This document shows, one piece after another, positions 47,575-56,967 of a stretch of 64,000 bases of DNA. This DNA is from an uncultured Candidatus Saccharibacteria bacterium (GTDB taxonomy: Bacteria > Patescibacteriota > Minisyncoccia > Phycocordibacterales > UBA12088), in the NCBI GenBank assembly GCA_964521185.1, contig CAZFRC010000001.1, positions 7,023-71,022 of the forward strand, written 5' to 3'. The translations under genes and the position numbers were made by a program. The notes under the pieces were generated by a model. It had not been told where the DNA came from. It made no database searches and saw nothing but the letters and a program-made list of their open reading frames with translations. Each line of letters opens with the position of its first letter. Positions within the stretch are counted from its first letter, which is position 1.

Positions 47575-48945
47575 ATGAAATATGACACGATAAAGCCGAG
47601 CCATAGATTAACATCCCTGTGTGTTCTTACCATAACCCTCATCCTTGTCGGATGTATATTGACATACACTGAAGTTCGTGTTAAAGCTCAATCTGGAATA
47701 GACGACATTCAAAGAGAAATCGAGAGTCGTAATAGCCGCATACAAGTTTTAGAACAAGAAATCCAACAATATCAAAAAGAACTCGATATTGTTGGTAAGG
47801 AAAAACAAACGCTCGAAACAACAGTGCGCACCCTCGATTTATCGAGGCAGCAACTAAGCACATCCATAAAAGTCACTGAAAATCGCATTGATGCCGCGGA
47901 TGCGACCCTTAAAGAATTGTCTTCTGAAATTGAGACACGAAATAATCAGATTGAACGCGGCAGAGAAGTCATTGCTGACGCTCTTATGTTTCGCTATAAA
48001 GCCGATTCGAATTCCATCGTTGAATACATTCTCGCAAAAGATACCCTCGCCGATGTATGGGAAGGTGTAGACGCTCTTGTACAATTTCAATCTTCTATTA
48101 AAACACACATCGCCGATCTCCAAGGACTTCGAGAAGATCTTGAAAAAGCGCATGTAGAGTCCGAATCCAAACGGAATCAGTTGGCAGCACTACGTCGAAA
48201 TCTCGCAAATGAAAAATCCGCTCTCGACGCTGCACGTCGGGAAAAAGATGCTCTACTCAAAGACACTAAAAATAAGGAAGAGAACTACCAAAAGATCATC
48301 GCTGACAAAACAAAAGCCCGACAACAATTTGAACAAGAACTAGCTCGATATGAAGTCGAACTGCGTTACGCTCTTGACCCGACTAAGATTCCTGCGATAG
48401 GGAGTGGAGTATTGGCATGGCCTTTTGATCTTGATTACATGGCGAAATGTGAAAGCTACAAAAAAACACTGGGAAATATTCGCTGCGTAACACAAATGTT
48501 TGGCAACACCTCTTTTGCTAAAAGCGGCGCCTATAATGGAAAAGGGCATAACGGGATTGATTTTCGAGCCCCCTATGGCACAAGAATCACTTCAGCTCTA
48601 TCGGGAACAGTGCGGGGAGTCGGCAATACCGATCTTGTGCGCGGCTGTTATTCGTATGGCCAATGGGTTCTGGTAGATCATCGAAATGGTCTTTCTTCTT
48701 TGTATGCGCATCTCTCTTCTACAAGTGTTCGCACAGGAGAATCAATAGGCACAGGAGATACCGTTGGATTCAGCGGCATGACTGGATATGCAACAGGTCC
48801 ACACCTTCATTTTTCAGTCTTTGCAACCGACGGTGTGAAAATAGTGACACTAGGGTCTCATACGGGCCAAAAAACGCCGTGTGCTCGCGCCACCATGCCT
48901 GTGGCTGGTTTTGAAGCATATCTTGATCCTCTTCAGTATCTTTGA
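47575..48945 (+). CDS. M23 (LytM-type) metallopeptidase with N-terminal TM and long coiled-coil (EnvC-like)
   Basis: Coiled-coil ~aa 40-260. M23 motifs GHNGIDFRAPYGT, YAHLSS, GYATGPHLHFSVF (HxxxD...HxH). Confidence 0.85.
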   Translation: MKYDTIKPSHRLTSLCVLTITLILVGCILTYTEVRVKAQSGIDDIQREIESRNSRIQVLEQEIQQYQKELDIVGKEKQTLETTVRTLDLSRQQLSTSIKVTENRIDAADATLKELSSEIETRNNQIERGREVIADALMFRYKADSNSIVEYILAKDTLADVWEGVDALVQFQSSIKTHIADLQGLREDLEKAHVESESKRNQLAALRRNLANEKSALDAARREKDALLKDTKNKEENYQKIIADKTKARQQFEQELARYEVELRYALDPTKIPAIGSGVLAWPFDLDYMAKCESYKKTLGNIRCVTQMFGNTSFAKSGAYNGKGHNGIDFRAPYGTRITSALSGTVRGVGNTDLVRGCYSYGQWVLVDHRNGLSSLYAHLSSTSVRTGESIGTGDTVGFSGMTGYATGPHLHFSVFATDGVKIVTLGSHTGQKTPCARATMPVAGFEAYLDPLQYL

Positions 48946-49067
48946 GAATCATTCGTATTATATCCACAGAGGATTGTACCTACTATTTGTAACCAGGATA
49001 CAATTGCTACTAGGGCGATTACTAACTTTTAATTAGTCAGCGGAAATATCTGCGCTGATATATTGTT

Positions 49068-49310
49068 ATGGGGATGAAACAAATCCACATGGTTACATTC
49101 TTATTATTAGTGGTCGGAGGTCTTAACTGGCTCCTTGAGGCATTTGGATACAATCTAGTCTATATGCTGTTCGGAGGGCTTTTGGATGGCATGGTGGAGC
49201 GAGCAGTCTATATATTGGTAGGTCTTTCGGCGATATACGAACTTCTTACCCATAAAAAGACCTGTCGAGCATGCACCACAGAAAACGGCGGTGCTTCAAG
49301 CACAATGTAA
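49068..49310 (+). CDS. DUF378-family small membrane protein
   Basis: LLLVVGGLNWLLEAFGYNLVYMLFGG...VYILVGLSAIYEL fits the DUF378 pattern (GLNWGL...FNLV..LFG...Y.IVGLSA). 80 aa. Confidence 0.65.
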   Translation: MGMKQIHMVTFLLLVVGGLNWLLEAFGYNLVYMLFGGLLDGMVERAVYILVGLSAIYELLTHKKTCRACTTENGGASSTM

Positions 49311-49350
49311 ACAAATAAAAAGAACAAGGCAGGTTGTAGCAGCTTGCAAC

Positions 49351-49392
49351 AAACAATCGCGCATTTTTTACATGCGCGATTGTTTGTTTTGG
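49351..49392 (+). terminator. Rho-independent terminator downstream of the DUF378 gene
   Basis: Perfect 14-bp inverted repeat AAACAATCGCGCAT / ATGCGCGATTGTTT around a 7-nt loop, followed by GTTTTGG. Confidence 0.6.
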
Positions 49393-49662
49393 TACATAGA
49401 CAGGGAAGTTTTTTCAATTCCTTTGGAATTTGTTGAAAACGAAAGAAAGTCTGTCCGTTTAGCAACCGCCTTCTTTCTCAAGTATATAGGTCGGAAAATG
49501 TATATTGTGCGACGTATCCTCCCTTAGGGCTTTCAGCCCTGTTCCAAGCTAATCCCGCCCGCGACAAACTTCCCTGTCTTGAACACCTTACCCAATCAAG
49601 CTACTAAACCGCGCTGTTTTCAATAAACTTTGATATGTTGGTACTCCCTTAAAGAAGCCAAG

Positions 49663-49701
49663 ACACAAAAATATCTTCCGTATGGGAAGATATTTTTGTG
49701 T
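49663..49701. terminator. Bidirectional hairpin terminator at the convergence point (serves the minus-strand SLT-like gene; also T-rich on the plus side)
   Basis: Perfect 17-bp inverted repeat GACACAAAAATATCTTCC / GGAAGATATTTTTGTGTC with loop GTATG, followed on the + strand by CCTTTATTTTT. It sits 5 nt past the stop of the minus-strand gene ending at 49706. Confidence 0.55.
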
Positions 49702-49705
49702 CCCT

Positions 49706-50176
49706 TTATTTTTGGGCAATGTGTCCGCCATCGCTCCAGCATTTTGCTGAAGAATTCCAAGGTCGAACCCCCTCTCGTTCGTATAAATATCGTGCGTACC
49801 CAAGATTCCCTTCCAGGGTATCAATGTCATACCCGAGTTTTTGTGCCGTCTCGCGATGATAATATTCATTAATCTGCATCACTCCAATATCGCCGGAATT
49901 GATTTCTCCTCTTATAGGATTGCCGTCATTGTCAAATTGTCTCAGCCGTGATTCACACCAAGCCACGCTGCGCATGATAGGCGCATCGCTCCAATACACG
50001 TGGACGATCTCCTTCACATTCCCCCTATTGGCAGCAAAGACATCATTGCCTTGTGGAGCGCCAAGCATAACAGGAGTTCCTAATGAAGTCGCTACCGCCA
50101 TTGCTATAACTGCGAATATGATAAGCCTTTTCTTAGTTAGATAAATATTCCCTTGCTCGACATTTTCAATCGACAA
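49706..50176 (-). CDS. Membrane-anchored lysozyme-like / lytic-transglycosylase (SLT)-domain protein
   Basis: N-terminal anchor IIFAVIAMAVATSLG. Catalytic-Glu motif AWCESRLRQF. GVMQINEYYH (cf. SLT GLMQ). The start codon is TTG (complement of 50174-50176). Confidence 0.6.
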   Translation of the reverse strand: MSIENVEQGNIYLTKKRLIIFAVIAMAVATSLGTPVMLGAPQGNDVFAANRGNVKEIVHVYWSDAPIMRSVAWCESRLRQFDNDGNPIRGEINSGDIGVMQINEYYHRETAQKLGYDIDTLEGNLGYARYLYEREGVRPWNSSAKCWSDGGHIAQK

Positions 50177-50491
50177 AAGAAAATGCCCGCTCTTCGCGGG
50201 ACGAAGTCAAAATACCTTAAAATAGAGTTTCTGTCAATACTTCAAAATATTTCTGTACTTATGTCAATATATGATGACAAAAAAAGGCTTGGAATATGGT
50301 TATTTTAAGATGCTATTAAACCTTATGTATCTGTACAACAACATTAATGAAGGTCAAGAAGGTACTCAGGAAACCTAGTACGAGAGCGAGAGCTTCTCTG
50401 TCTTCAACCCAGCTCTTTTTATTATGATGATGCTCCATAATTTTTTATGCGTATTATGAGAATAGTATAACGAATCTTCTTTTTTTTACTC

Positions 50492-51352
50492 CTATTTATC
50501 AACAGCGGCAAGCTTGGAAAAACCTCCCCAAAGCCCCCCAAAATCGCCCAAGGCCGCACTTCGAACTTCTGGGGCATTCCCTGCAAGCTGGTTGTTGAGA
50601 TTATCCGATACAATCTGCAGAGGAATGCGGGGGTCGCCCACTATCATGGAACCTCCGAGCACAATGCGGTCAGGAGACCAATGTAATGTGACATTATAAA
50701 GACCGAACGATAACCATTTCGCCAGCACGTTCCATACAGGATCCTCTTGGGGAATTTCATATGGTTTTATGCCACGACGTTTTTCGAGGCCGCTTCCCGA
50801 AATCATTGACTCAAGATCCACCACACCCTTTGTATTTCGAACACACTCTGGACACATAGTCTGGTCCGCGTCGATAATTTGATGACCTGGTTCAAATCCT
50901 AAACTGGCTTTGTCAATCTTTCCATCCACAATCCGCACCCCTCCAACTCCAGTGCTCACGGTAATATACGCAAGTATAGAACTCCCGCGCCCCGCTCCTT
51001 GTGTTGACTCGCCAAGCCCAATAAGCGCAGTGTCATTTTCAAACCATACAGGCAACCCAATCGTGTCTCCAAAGACTTCGGTAAGAGACGGGCCAACCCA
51101 ATCCTGAGGCATATTTGGAGATTGAAGAAGCTTAGTACGATCTTTATTAAATGTTCCTGCTACCCCGCACGATATTCCAGACACTGACCCTGATGAAATG
51201 GCATGTGCTGTCAGAACCGACACAATCGCAGCTGCTGCTTCTGTGGGAGTTTTCGGTGTTTTTGAAATTACGGGGGGAAACAAAAACTCTTTGCCGTCAT
51301 TTGACAACGCGATTCTCATTTTTGTTCCTCCTATATCAACAGCGACAAACAT
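50492..51352 (-). CDS. ROK-family sugar kinase (glucokinase-like)
   Basis: MFVAVDIGGTKMRIAL. ROK zinc motif GHQIIDADQTMCPECVRNTKGVVDLE. 286 aa. Confidence 0.85.
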   Translation of the reverse strand: MFVAVDIGGTKMRIALSNDGKEFLFPPVISKTPKTPTEAAAAIVSVLTAHAISSGSVSGISCGVAGTFNKDRTKLLQSPNMPQDWVGPSLTEVFGDTIGLPVWFENDTALIGLGESTQGAGRGSSILAYITVSTGVGGVRIVDGKIDKASLGFEPGHQIIDADQTMCPECVRNTKGVVDLESMISGSGLEKRRGIKPYEIPQEDPVWNVLAKWLSFGLYNVTLHWSPDRIVLGGSMIVGDPRIPLQIVSDNLNNQLAGNAPEVRSAALGDFGGLWGGFSKLAAVDK

Positions 51353-51355
51353 ATT

Positions 51356-52657
51356 CTACATTTCGCTTAATATACGGCGTGTTTCTGTTTTGTACATCTC
51401 GACGTCCGGTTGGTTAAAAGGATCAACACCCAAAAGATGCCCGGCAAACACTACCCCGACCATCTGCCAATACATATACGCCCCGATTTCTTCAAGCGAG
51501 CGAGTTTCCAAAGTGCATTCCACAAATGGAATGCCCTGCTCTCGATACGTATGCAATGTCCCTTGATAAATAGCCTGATATACGCTGCGCGCTGATTTTC
51601 CCGAAAGATTGGAAAGTACGAATGGAAAAGTGCGTTCAGTTGGAATAAAGGAATCGTTCGTTCCGTCATCTTCAACGGAAACAATTAACGCCGTCTTATC
51701 CAATGGTCCGCCAAACGTAAGCTGGGCTACCGAATGAAGATCCGCACTACCTAATGATACGGTTGGAGTAATGCCTATTCTCGACTGTGATATTCCGGTT
51801 GATATTGTCTTTCCAAGGCTTTCTGCGATCAACTGTCTCCCCCACTTCCCCAACGTTTCTAAATACGGATCAAAAAAGAACAGATCGTGTATGGGACGTC
51901 CTTTTTGAAAATGATGAGCGAGAAATATACCGTACAACAGGGCTTCATCCGAAGTAACTGATTTCGAAATGCTATCTTTCGCTCCTTTCAAAAATGCAGA
52001 AATATCGATTCCAAGAAGTGAAAGAGGTACGATCGACGAGGAAGATCCAACGGAATATCGGCCGCCAATCATCTTTTGATGGCCAATGCGATACATTGTT
52101 TTTGCCCCTGCTTCTTCAAACAAAGGAGTGTCTTCTTCAACTACAACAACGGTACGTCCGTACACCGCGTCTCCAAAACGCTTGCGTGCTTCTTGGAGTA
52201 ATATTTCCGAGTTTCCAACTGTTTCCGTGGTATTTCCTGATTTACTGACAATAACAAATACGCATTCGTCAACTGAACCAGCGGCGTCTAAAAACATTGC
52301 CGCGTCAGCGAGCGTGCGGGGATGAATAGTATCAAGCCAAATCAATTTTGGAATTCGTACTGTTGCGAGATCAAACACGCCAAACTGCGCGTCGTAAACT
52401 GCACGAGTACCCAATATCGAACCCCCCGCCCCAACCACAAACACAAAACGAAGCGAGGGTGAAGATATCGCGTTTCGCATCTCCTCATAGGTTCCTAACG
52501 TCCTATGGTCAAAAGGGGCACGAACAAACGAATGCCAATCGGTATAGGCTTCTTGTACTGAAGCGCGTTCCAACATTTCACGAAGCGAGTCGGTCTTTGC
52601 TCGAGCCTGAAGCAGAACATCTCTATCAATCATTGCATTATTAAAAGAGAGTTTCAT
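51356..52657 (-). CDS. pgi: Glucose-6-phosphate isomerase
   Basis: PGI signatures IVSKSGNTTET and MIGGRYSVGSSSSIVPL. 433 aa. Confidence 0.9.
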   Translation of the reverse strand: MKLSFNNAMIDRDVLLQARAKTDSLREMLERASVQEAYTDWHSFVRAPFDHRTLGTYEEMRNAISSPSLRFVFVVGAGGSILGTRAVYDAQFGVFDLATVRIPKLIWLDTIHPRTLADAAMFLDAAGSVDECVFVIVSKSGNTTETVGNSEILLQEARKRFGDAVYGRTVVVVEEDTPLFEEAGAKTMYRIGHQKMIGGRYSVGSSSSIVPLSLLGIDISAFLKGAKDSISKSVTSDEALLYGIFLAHHFQKGRPIHDLFFFDPYLETLGKWGRQLIAESLGKTISTGISQSRIGITPTVSLGSADLHSVAQLTFGGPLDKTALIVSVEDDGTNDSFIPTERTFPFVLSNLSGKSARSVYQAIYQGTLHTYREQGIPFVECTLETRSLEEIGAYMYWQMVGVVFAGHLLGVDPFNQPDVEMYKTETRRILSEM

Positions 52658-52684
52658 GCCAGTCTTTAATATACCATCACCGCA

Positions 52685-53413
52685 TCATCCGACCACCTTT
52701 TCTTTTCCGCCGCAAAGTTCGTTTACCACAATAGAATACGCTTCATCAACCGAATCAACCACATAAAACAAATCAAGATCTTCTTTACTAATTGTGCGCT
52801 GTCTCTCTAAAAGTTCTGTCCGAAACCAACCGACAAGCGGTTCCCAATAATTCTTTCCAAACAAGATAATAGGCACTCGTTTAATCTTTTTCGTTTGCAC
52901 GAGAGTGATAAGTTCAAAAAATTCATCAAGGGTCCCAAATCCTCCGGGCATAAATATGTATACCTCTGACGCAAAAGCGAGCATCACGCGTCTTGTGAAG
53001 AAATAATGGAATCGTTCGCTGACAGTGAGATAGAGATTTACTGCCTGTTCTGCGGGAAGGTCGATATTGAGACCTATTGAATGACCTCCCGCATCATATG
53101 CCCCTTTGTTTGCGGCCGCCATTATGCCATTACCTCCTCCAGTGATAATAGCAAACCCGATCTTAGAAAGTTTTTCAGACAAAATGATAGTATCTTTACT
53201 ATAAGCATTGTCGAGTCCAAATCGAGCTGATCCATAAAAAGTGGCAGCGAGACTGAACTTGCGAAGTAACTCAAATCCTGAAATCAATTCAGCCATTATT
53301 TTGAATATGCGCCACGAACTGATTTCTTCGCTCTCTCCGCGTAACAATTCCCGATCAATACGACACGTATCTCCTTTTCCGACAACACTGATATGTGGGG
53401 TTTTCTCTTTCAT
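52685..53413 (-). CDS. LOG-family protein (cytokinin riboside 5'-monophosphate phosphoribohydrolase-like, TIGR00730)
   Basis: IITGGGNGIMAAANKGA...YIFMPGGFGTLDEFFE (PGGxGTxxE). Confidence 0.85.
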   Translation of the reverse strand: MKEKTPHISVVGKGDTCRIDRELLRGESEEISSWRIFKIMAELISGFELLRKFSLAATFYGSARFGLDNAYSKDTIILSEKLSKIGFAIITGGGNGIMAAANKGAYDAGGHSIGLNIDLPAEQAVNLYLTVSERFHYFFTRRVMLAFASEVYIFMPGGFGTLDEFFELITLVQTKKIKRVPIILFGKNYWEPLVGWFRTELLERQRTISKEDLDLFYVVDSVDEAYSIVVNELCGGKEKVVG

Positions 53414-53463
53414 TGTATATACTAGATTTACTCCATTAAGTATACCGGCACAGAGAGGAAATG

Positions 53464-54759
53464 TCAGCGCGGTTCTTCCTCAAAAAAACCTCGGGCGTTA
53501 AGCGCTTCGTGTATGCGAAGAATGGCGCGCTCAAACGCTGCGTCGCGAAGCGATACATGTTCACGCACGTGGTGATTCCATATATCCTCAAACGCCCCTT
53601 GCATTACAGTATGCATTCTTTGCTCGACTTCCTCAAGAGACCAGTAATGATACGTTCGGTTTTGCACCCATTCGAAGTATGACACTATAACCCCTCCCCC
53701 ATTAGCAAGCACATCAGGAATAACAGTGATTCCTTTTGCATCCAACACCGTGTCCGCGTCTGCCGTGGTGGGACCATTTGCAAGCTCTAACAAAACAGAA
53801 GCGCGCACACGTTCTGCGTTGTCTGCACGAATTTGATTATCTAATGCCGCGGGAATAAGCACATCGCATGGAGTTTCAATAAGCTCATCATTTGAAATGA
53901 TTTCAATGTGGTCTCGATCCATCCGTTCCATGTCGCAAACCGATCCTTCACAATACATTCCGTGAAGCGACCCGTGTTTCTGGCGTTCTTTTTCGACTGC
54001 ATACGGATCTATGCCTCCGCCATTCGATCGAATTGCTCCTTTACTGTCTCCAAGCGCAACTATGGTATATCCTTTTGAATGAAGGATTTTTGCCGCATGC
54101 GCGCCAACATTGCCAAATCCTTGGATGGCGACAGTGGTAGATTCTGCTCTCTTCCCTACTTTTTGCATATATGCGTCAAGTGCGATAGCACCTCCAAGTG
54201 CTGTAGATGTTTCGCGCCCCAGGCTTCCTCCTAAAATGAGCGGTTTTCCAGTGATAACCCCGGGCTCACTGTGACCGACAAATCTTTCATACTCATCGAG
54301 CATGTAGCCCATGATCTTTGGATTGGTATGTACGTCTGGCGCAGGGATGTCCCTATCAACACCTATGTGCGGGGCCATGGCTTTGATCCATTCTCGCGCT
54401 ACTGTTTCTAGTTCTTTTTCTGAAGCTTTTTTTGGATCGAATTCCGCACCTCCCTTTGCTCCTCCAAGAGGGATATTTACCACTGCGCACTTAATCGCCA
54501 TACTTGCGGCAAGCGCTTTGACTTCATCGAGATCGGCGCCAGGATGAAACCGGATTCCTCCTTTATACGGTCCTCGAGCATTTGAAAATTGCACTCGATA
54601 GATTGGAATGTTCTGCAATACACCCCCGATGGGGACTGAGAGCGTCTCGGTATGAACGGCGTCCGGTGTGCTTAATTTTTGAACGATTGCATCTCCTAAA
54701 TTAAGGCGTTCGGCTGTTTTCTTGAGGCGTACAGTATAATTTTCAAATGGAGTTGCCAT
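53464..54759 (-). CDS. gdhA: NAD(P)-specific glutamate dehydrogenase
   Basis: KGGIRFHPGADLDEVKALAASMAIKCAVVNIPLGGAKGG (Glu/Leu/Phe/Val dehydrogenase active-site Lys region). GFGNVG Rossmann motif. 431 aa. Confidence 0.9.
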   Translation of the reverse strand: MATPFENYTVRLKKTAERLNLGDAIVQKLSTPDAVHTETLSVPIGGVLQNIPIYRVQFSNARGPYKGGIRFHPGADLDEVKALAASMAIKCAVVNIPLGGAKGGAEFDPKKASEKELETVAREWIKAMAPHIGVDRDIPAPDVHTNPKIMGYMLDEYERFVGHSEPGVITGKPLILGGSLGRETSTALGGAIALDAYMQKVGKRAESTTVAIQGFGNVGAHAAKILHSKGYTIVALGDSKGAIRSNGGGIDPYAVEKERQKHGSLHGMYCEGSVCDMERMDRDHIEIISNDELIETPCDVLIPAALDNQIRADNAERVRASVLLELANGPTTADADTVLDAKGITVIPDVLANGGGVIVSYFEWVQNRTYHYWSLEEVEQRMHTVMQGAFEDIWNHHVREHVSLRDAAFERAILRIHEALNARGFFEEEPR

Positions 54760-54791
54760 GTGGCACAGTATACCACCGGTGGTTTGCCTCT

Positions 54792-56366
54792 TTAATAGAA
54801 TCGGGTTTCGTCTTCTTTTTCACGCAAAAACGCGAAGAATGCGTCAAGGGTGCCGAGTAAACGCTTGAATGGAGTTTCAATAATAAAGTCGAGAATAAAA
54901 ACAAATATATTGATGCGGGAGAATTTTCTCGACAACCAACGCCCTGCCCGCACAAGCGGCAAGAGCAATAAATTCAACAAAAGACGGAGAGTGCCTCCTC
55001 CTTCGTCGGCGATTTTCCATCGTGCCGCAACATAGCGAAGACGAATTCCGAAATAGCTTACAAATGTGAGGAAGAAGAGAAAGAGTCCAATGGATATGGG
55101 ATTGAATGAAAGCGCCTCGAGTGTAGAAATCACAGATCCTAAAGTAAACACGAACAAGAATACGTATAAAAACGAAAGTACGAATGTGAGCGCGCCCCCC
55201 TCACTCCCGGGCACCACCACTCCACGACGGATAGTTCCGGCTAATACATCTTTCACTTCCGCAATAATTTTTAAAGTATTTTTTGCGTCTGGTTTTTTTA
55301 TGGTTTGTGTCATCACCAACAGCGCCACCGGATGAAAAATCGAGTTAGTAATGAGTGCCGGATAGTGGAGGGCTCCGAGTATGAATCGCTCATATGGAAG
55401 TTCAACAGCAAACGTGAGCGTGATTTTAGTGATGAGCAGATAAATAACCGCGCGGATACCGCTGCGCTTCACACGGTTATACTCACGAGTATATGCTTTG
55501 TCGCAAAAAGCAGTAATTTCTTTTTCGAGCAGCGTCGTATCATTGAATACATTTGAGGCGCCCTCACGATATTTTTTGAGGATCGAAAGAATGACTGAGT
55601 AAGCAATCCCTTCGTTTCTAAGCCGTGCGGCGATACGCGTATGAAGCCCGTCTTCAATGGCGGCATCTGAAACCATAAGTGCGTGGATATAACGAGAGAT
55701 ATTGTCTTCGTTCATTTCCATGTCGCTCCATTCGGGTATGAATCGTCTCCACAGAGCCACCCGAAGTCTAAGCTGATCTTCTGTCAACAGCGTCTCGCGG
55801 CAAGCCAGATACATAGCCACGTCGATATCTTCTTGAGGAAGACCTATGTCACGGAACTGAATTTTCAATTTGGCGCGGTTATAAAATGATTCGACTACCG
55901 ATTCCTCTTCGTGGGTCGGAAATAACAACATCGAAATTTCCCCCGCGGCAATTTCAACCACGCGATCTTTTACCGCAATCCCTTTTGGCCCGCGTTCCGT
56001 AAGTATCTTGCGCAAAATAATATGCTTTCGAAGAATCCGTTCAATATCGTACGCGAGGGATTCAGGTACCGAATGATTGGGTATATACCCCCCATGCACC
56101 AATTCACGCATGAATGTAATTCCAGGTTTTTCATCCAACACCTCTGGGGTGATATATCTTCGAAGAATGCGGACGAGTGCATGATGACGAATCAAGTGTT
56201 CGTCTTTGTAATCAAGTGCGTAGCGAAGCTTTTCATAAAATGTGCCTGTCTTAGTGGTGAGTTCGTGCGCTTCTACTGAAGGGCCTCCATCATACATCTG
56301 CTCACGCGGTCCTTTTTGATAACGTGAGGCAAGGTCTTGAATCAAAATTTGCACAGGTGAATTCAT
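54792..56366 (-). CDS. Hypothetical protein: ~330-aa cytoplasmic N-terminal domain plus C-terminal multi-TM region
   Basis: ORF track. No motif recognised. 4-nt gap to the upstream exonuclease gene. Confidence 0.5.
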   Translation of the reverse strand: MNSPVQILIQDLASRYQKGPREQMYDGGPSVEAHELTTKTGTFYEKLRYALDYKDEHLIRHHALVRILRRYITPEVLDEKPGITFMRELVHGGYIPNHSVPESLAYDIERILRKHIILRKILTERGPKGIAVKDRVVEIAAGEISMLLFPTHEEESVVESFYNRAKLKIQFRDIGLPQEDIDVAMYLACRETLLTEDQLRLRVALWRRFIPEWSDMEMNEDNISRYIHALMVSDAAIEDGLHTRIAARLRNEGIAYSVILSILKKYREGASNVFNDTTLLEKEITAFCDKAYTREYNRVKRSGIRAVIYLLITKITLTFAVELPYERFILGALHYPALITNSIFHPVALLVMTQTIKKPDAKNTLKIIAEVKDVLAGTIRRGVVVPGSEGGALTFVLSFLYVFLFVFTLGSVISTLEALSFNPISIGLFLFFLTFVSYFGIRLRYVAARWKIADEGGGTLRLLLNLLLLPLVRAGRWLSRKFSRINIFVFILDFIIETPFKRLLGTLDAFFAFLREKEDETRFY

Positions 56367-56369
56367 ACG

Positions 56370-56957
56370 CTATGCGAAGGGTATTGGATATTGGTTAAAC
56401 TCCGGAAGAAATTTCTGACCATATAACAGTCGTGAAGCTACTTCAGCATGACACAAAGCGCCCGTAAGCGCATTATGAGGCTCAGGCTCTTGGGGAATAC
56501 CCACATAATTTAATATGCGATCAAGATCTAACGCCGATCGATGATGCAAGAGCGGCGGCTCTATTCCCCGCTTCACCATGTGCATCCATGCAAGCGTATG
56601 AGTGTCGATAGTTCGATATGCAAATGGCCAATTCAATCCCGCCCGCGCAGCTGCTGCTTTTAAAAAATCTCTGTCGAACGAAACATTTTGTCCAACCAGT
56701 GTTTGATTTTCGGCATCTTCTCCCCACGCGATAAAAGCGCTCACTGCCTCTCCCTCGCTCTTCCGATTAGGATTTTGAATTTCTTCTTTAGTAAATCCAT
56801 TTACAACGAGCGCATCATCCATAATATGCGCACCGTCCCATATGCGACATTCATCATAAAATTGACGTTCTGGATGAAGAAGATCAATCGCGCCGATTGA
56901 GACTATCGAATGTTTATGATAGTCCGTTCCCGACGCTTCAACGTCTACAACAATCAT
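56370..56957 (-). CDS. DEDD-family 3'-5' exonuclease domain protein (DnaQ-like)
   Basis: Exo I MIVVDVEASGTD. Exo II NVSFDRDFL. Exo III region EPHNALTGALCHAEV (His present; the usual Asp reads Gly). Start taken at ATG 56957 to avoid a 65-nt overlap with the upstream gene (the ORF track extends to 57032). Confidence 0.7.
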   Translation of the reverse strand: MIVVDVEASGTDYHKHSIVSIGAIDLLHPERQFYDECRIWDGAHIMDDALVVNGFTKEEIQNPNRKSEGEAVSAFIAWGEDAENQTLVGQNVSFDRDFLKAAAARAGLNWPFAYRTIDTHTLAWMHMVKRGIEPPLLHHRSALDLDRILNYVGIPQEPEPHNALTGALCHAEVASRLLYGQKFLPEFNQYPIPFA

Positions 56958-56967
56958 GAAATGTATA

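Noticed and set aside
48958-48968. DnaA-box-like sequence TTATATCCACA downstream of the M23 peptidase gene
   Set aside because: Single near-match (8/9 to TTATCCACA). No clustered boxes, no AT-rich unwinding element, no dnaA or dnaN nearby. Not an origin.
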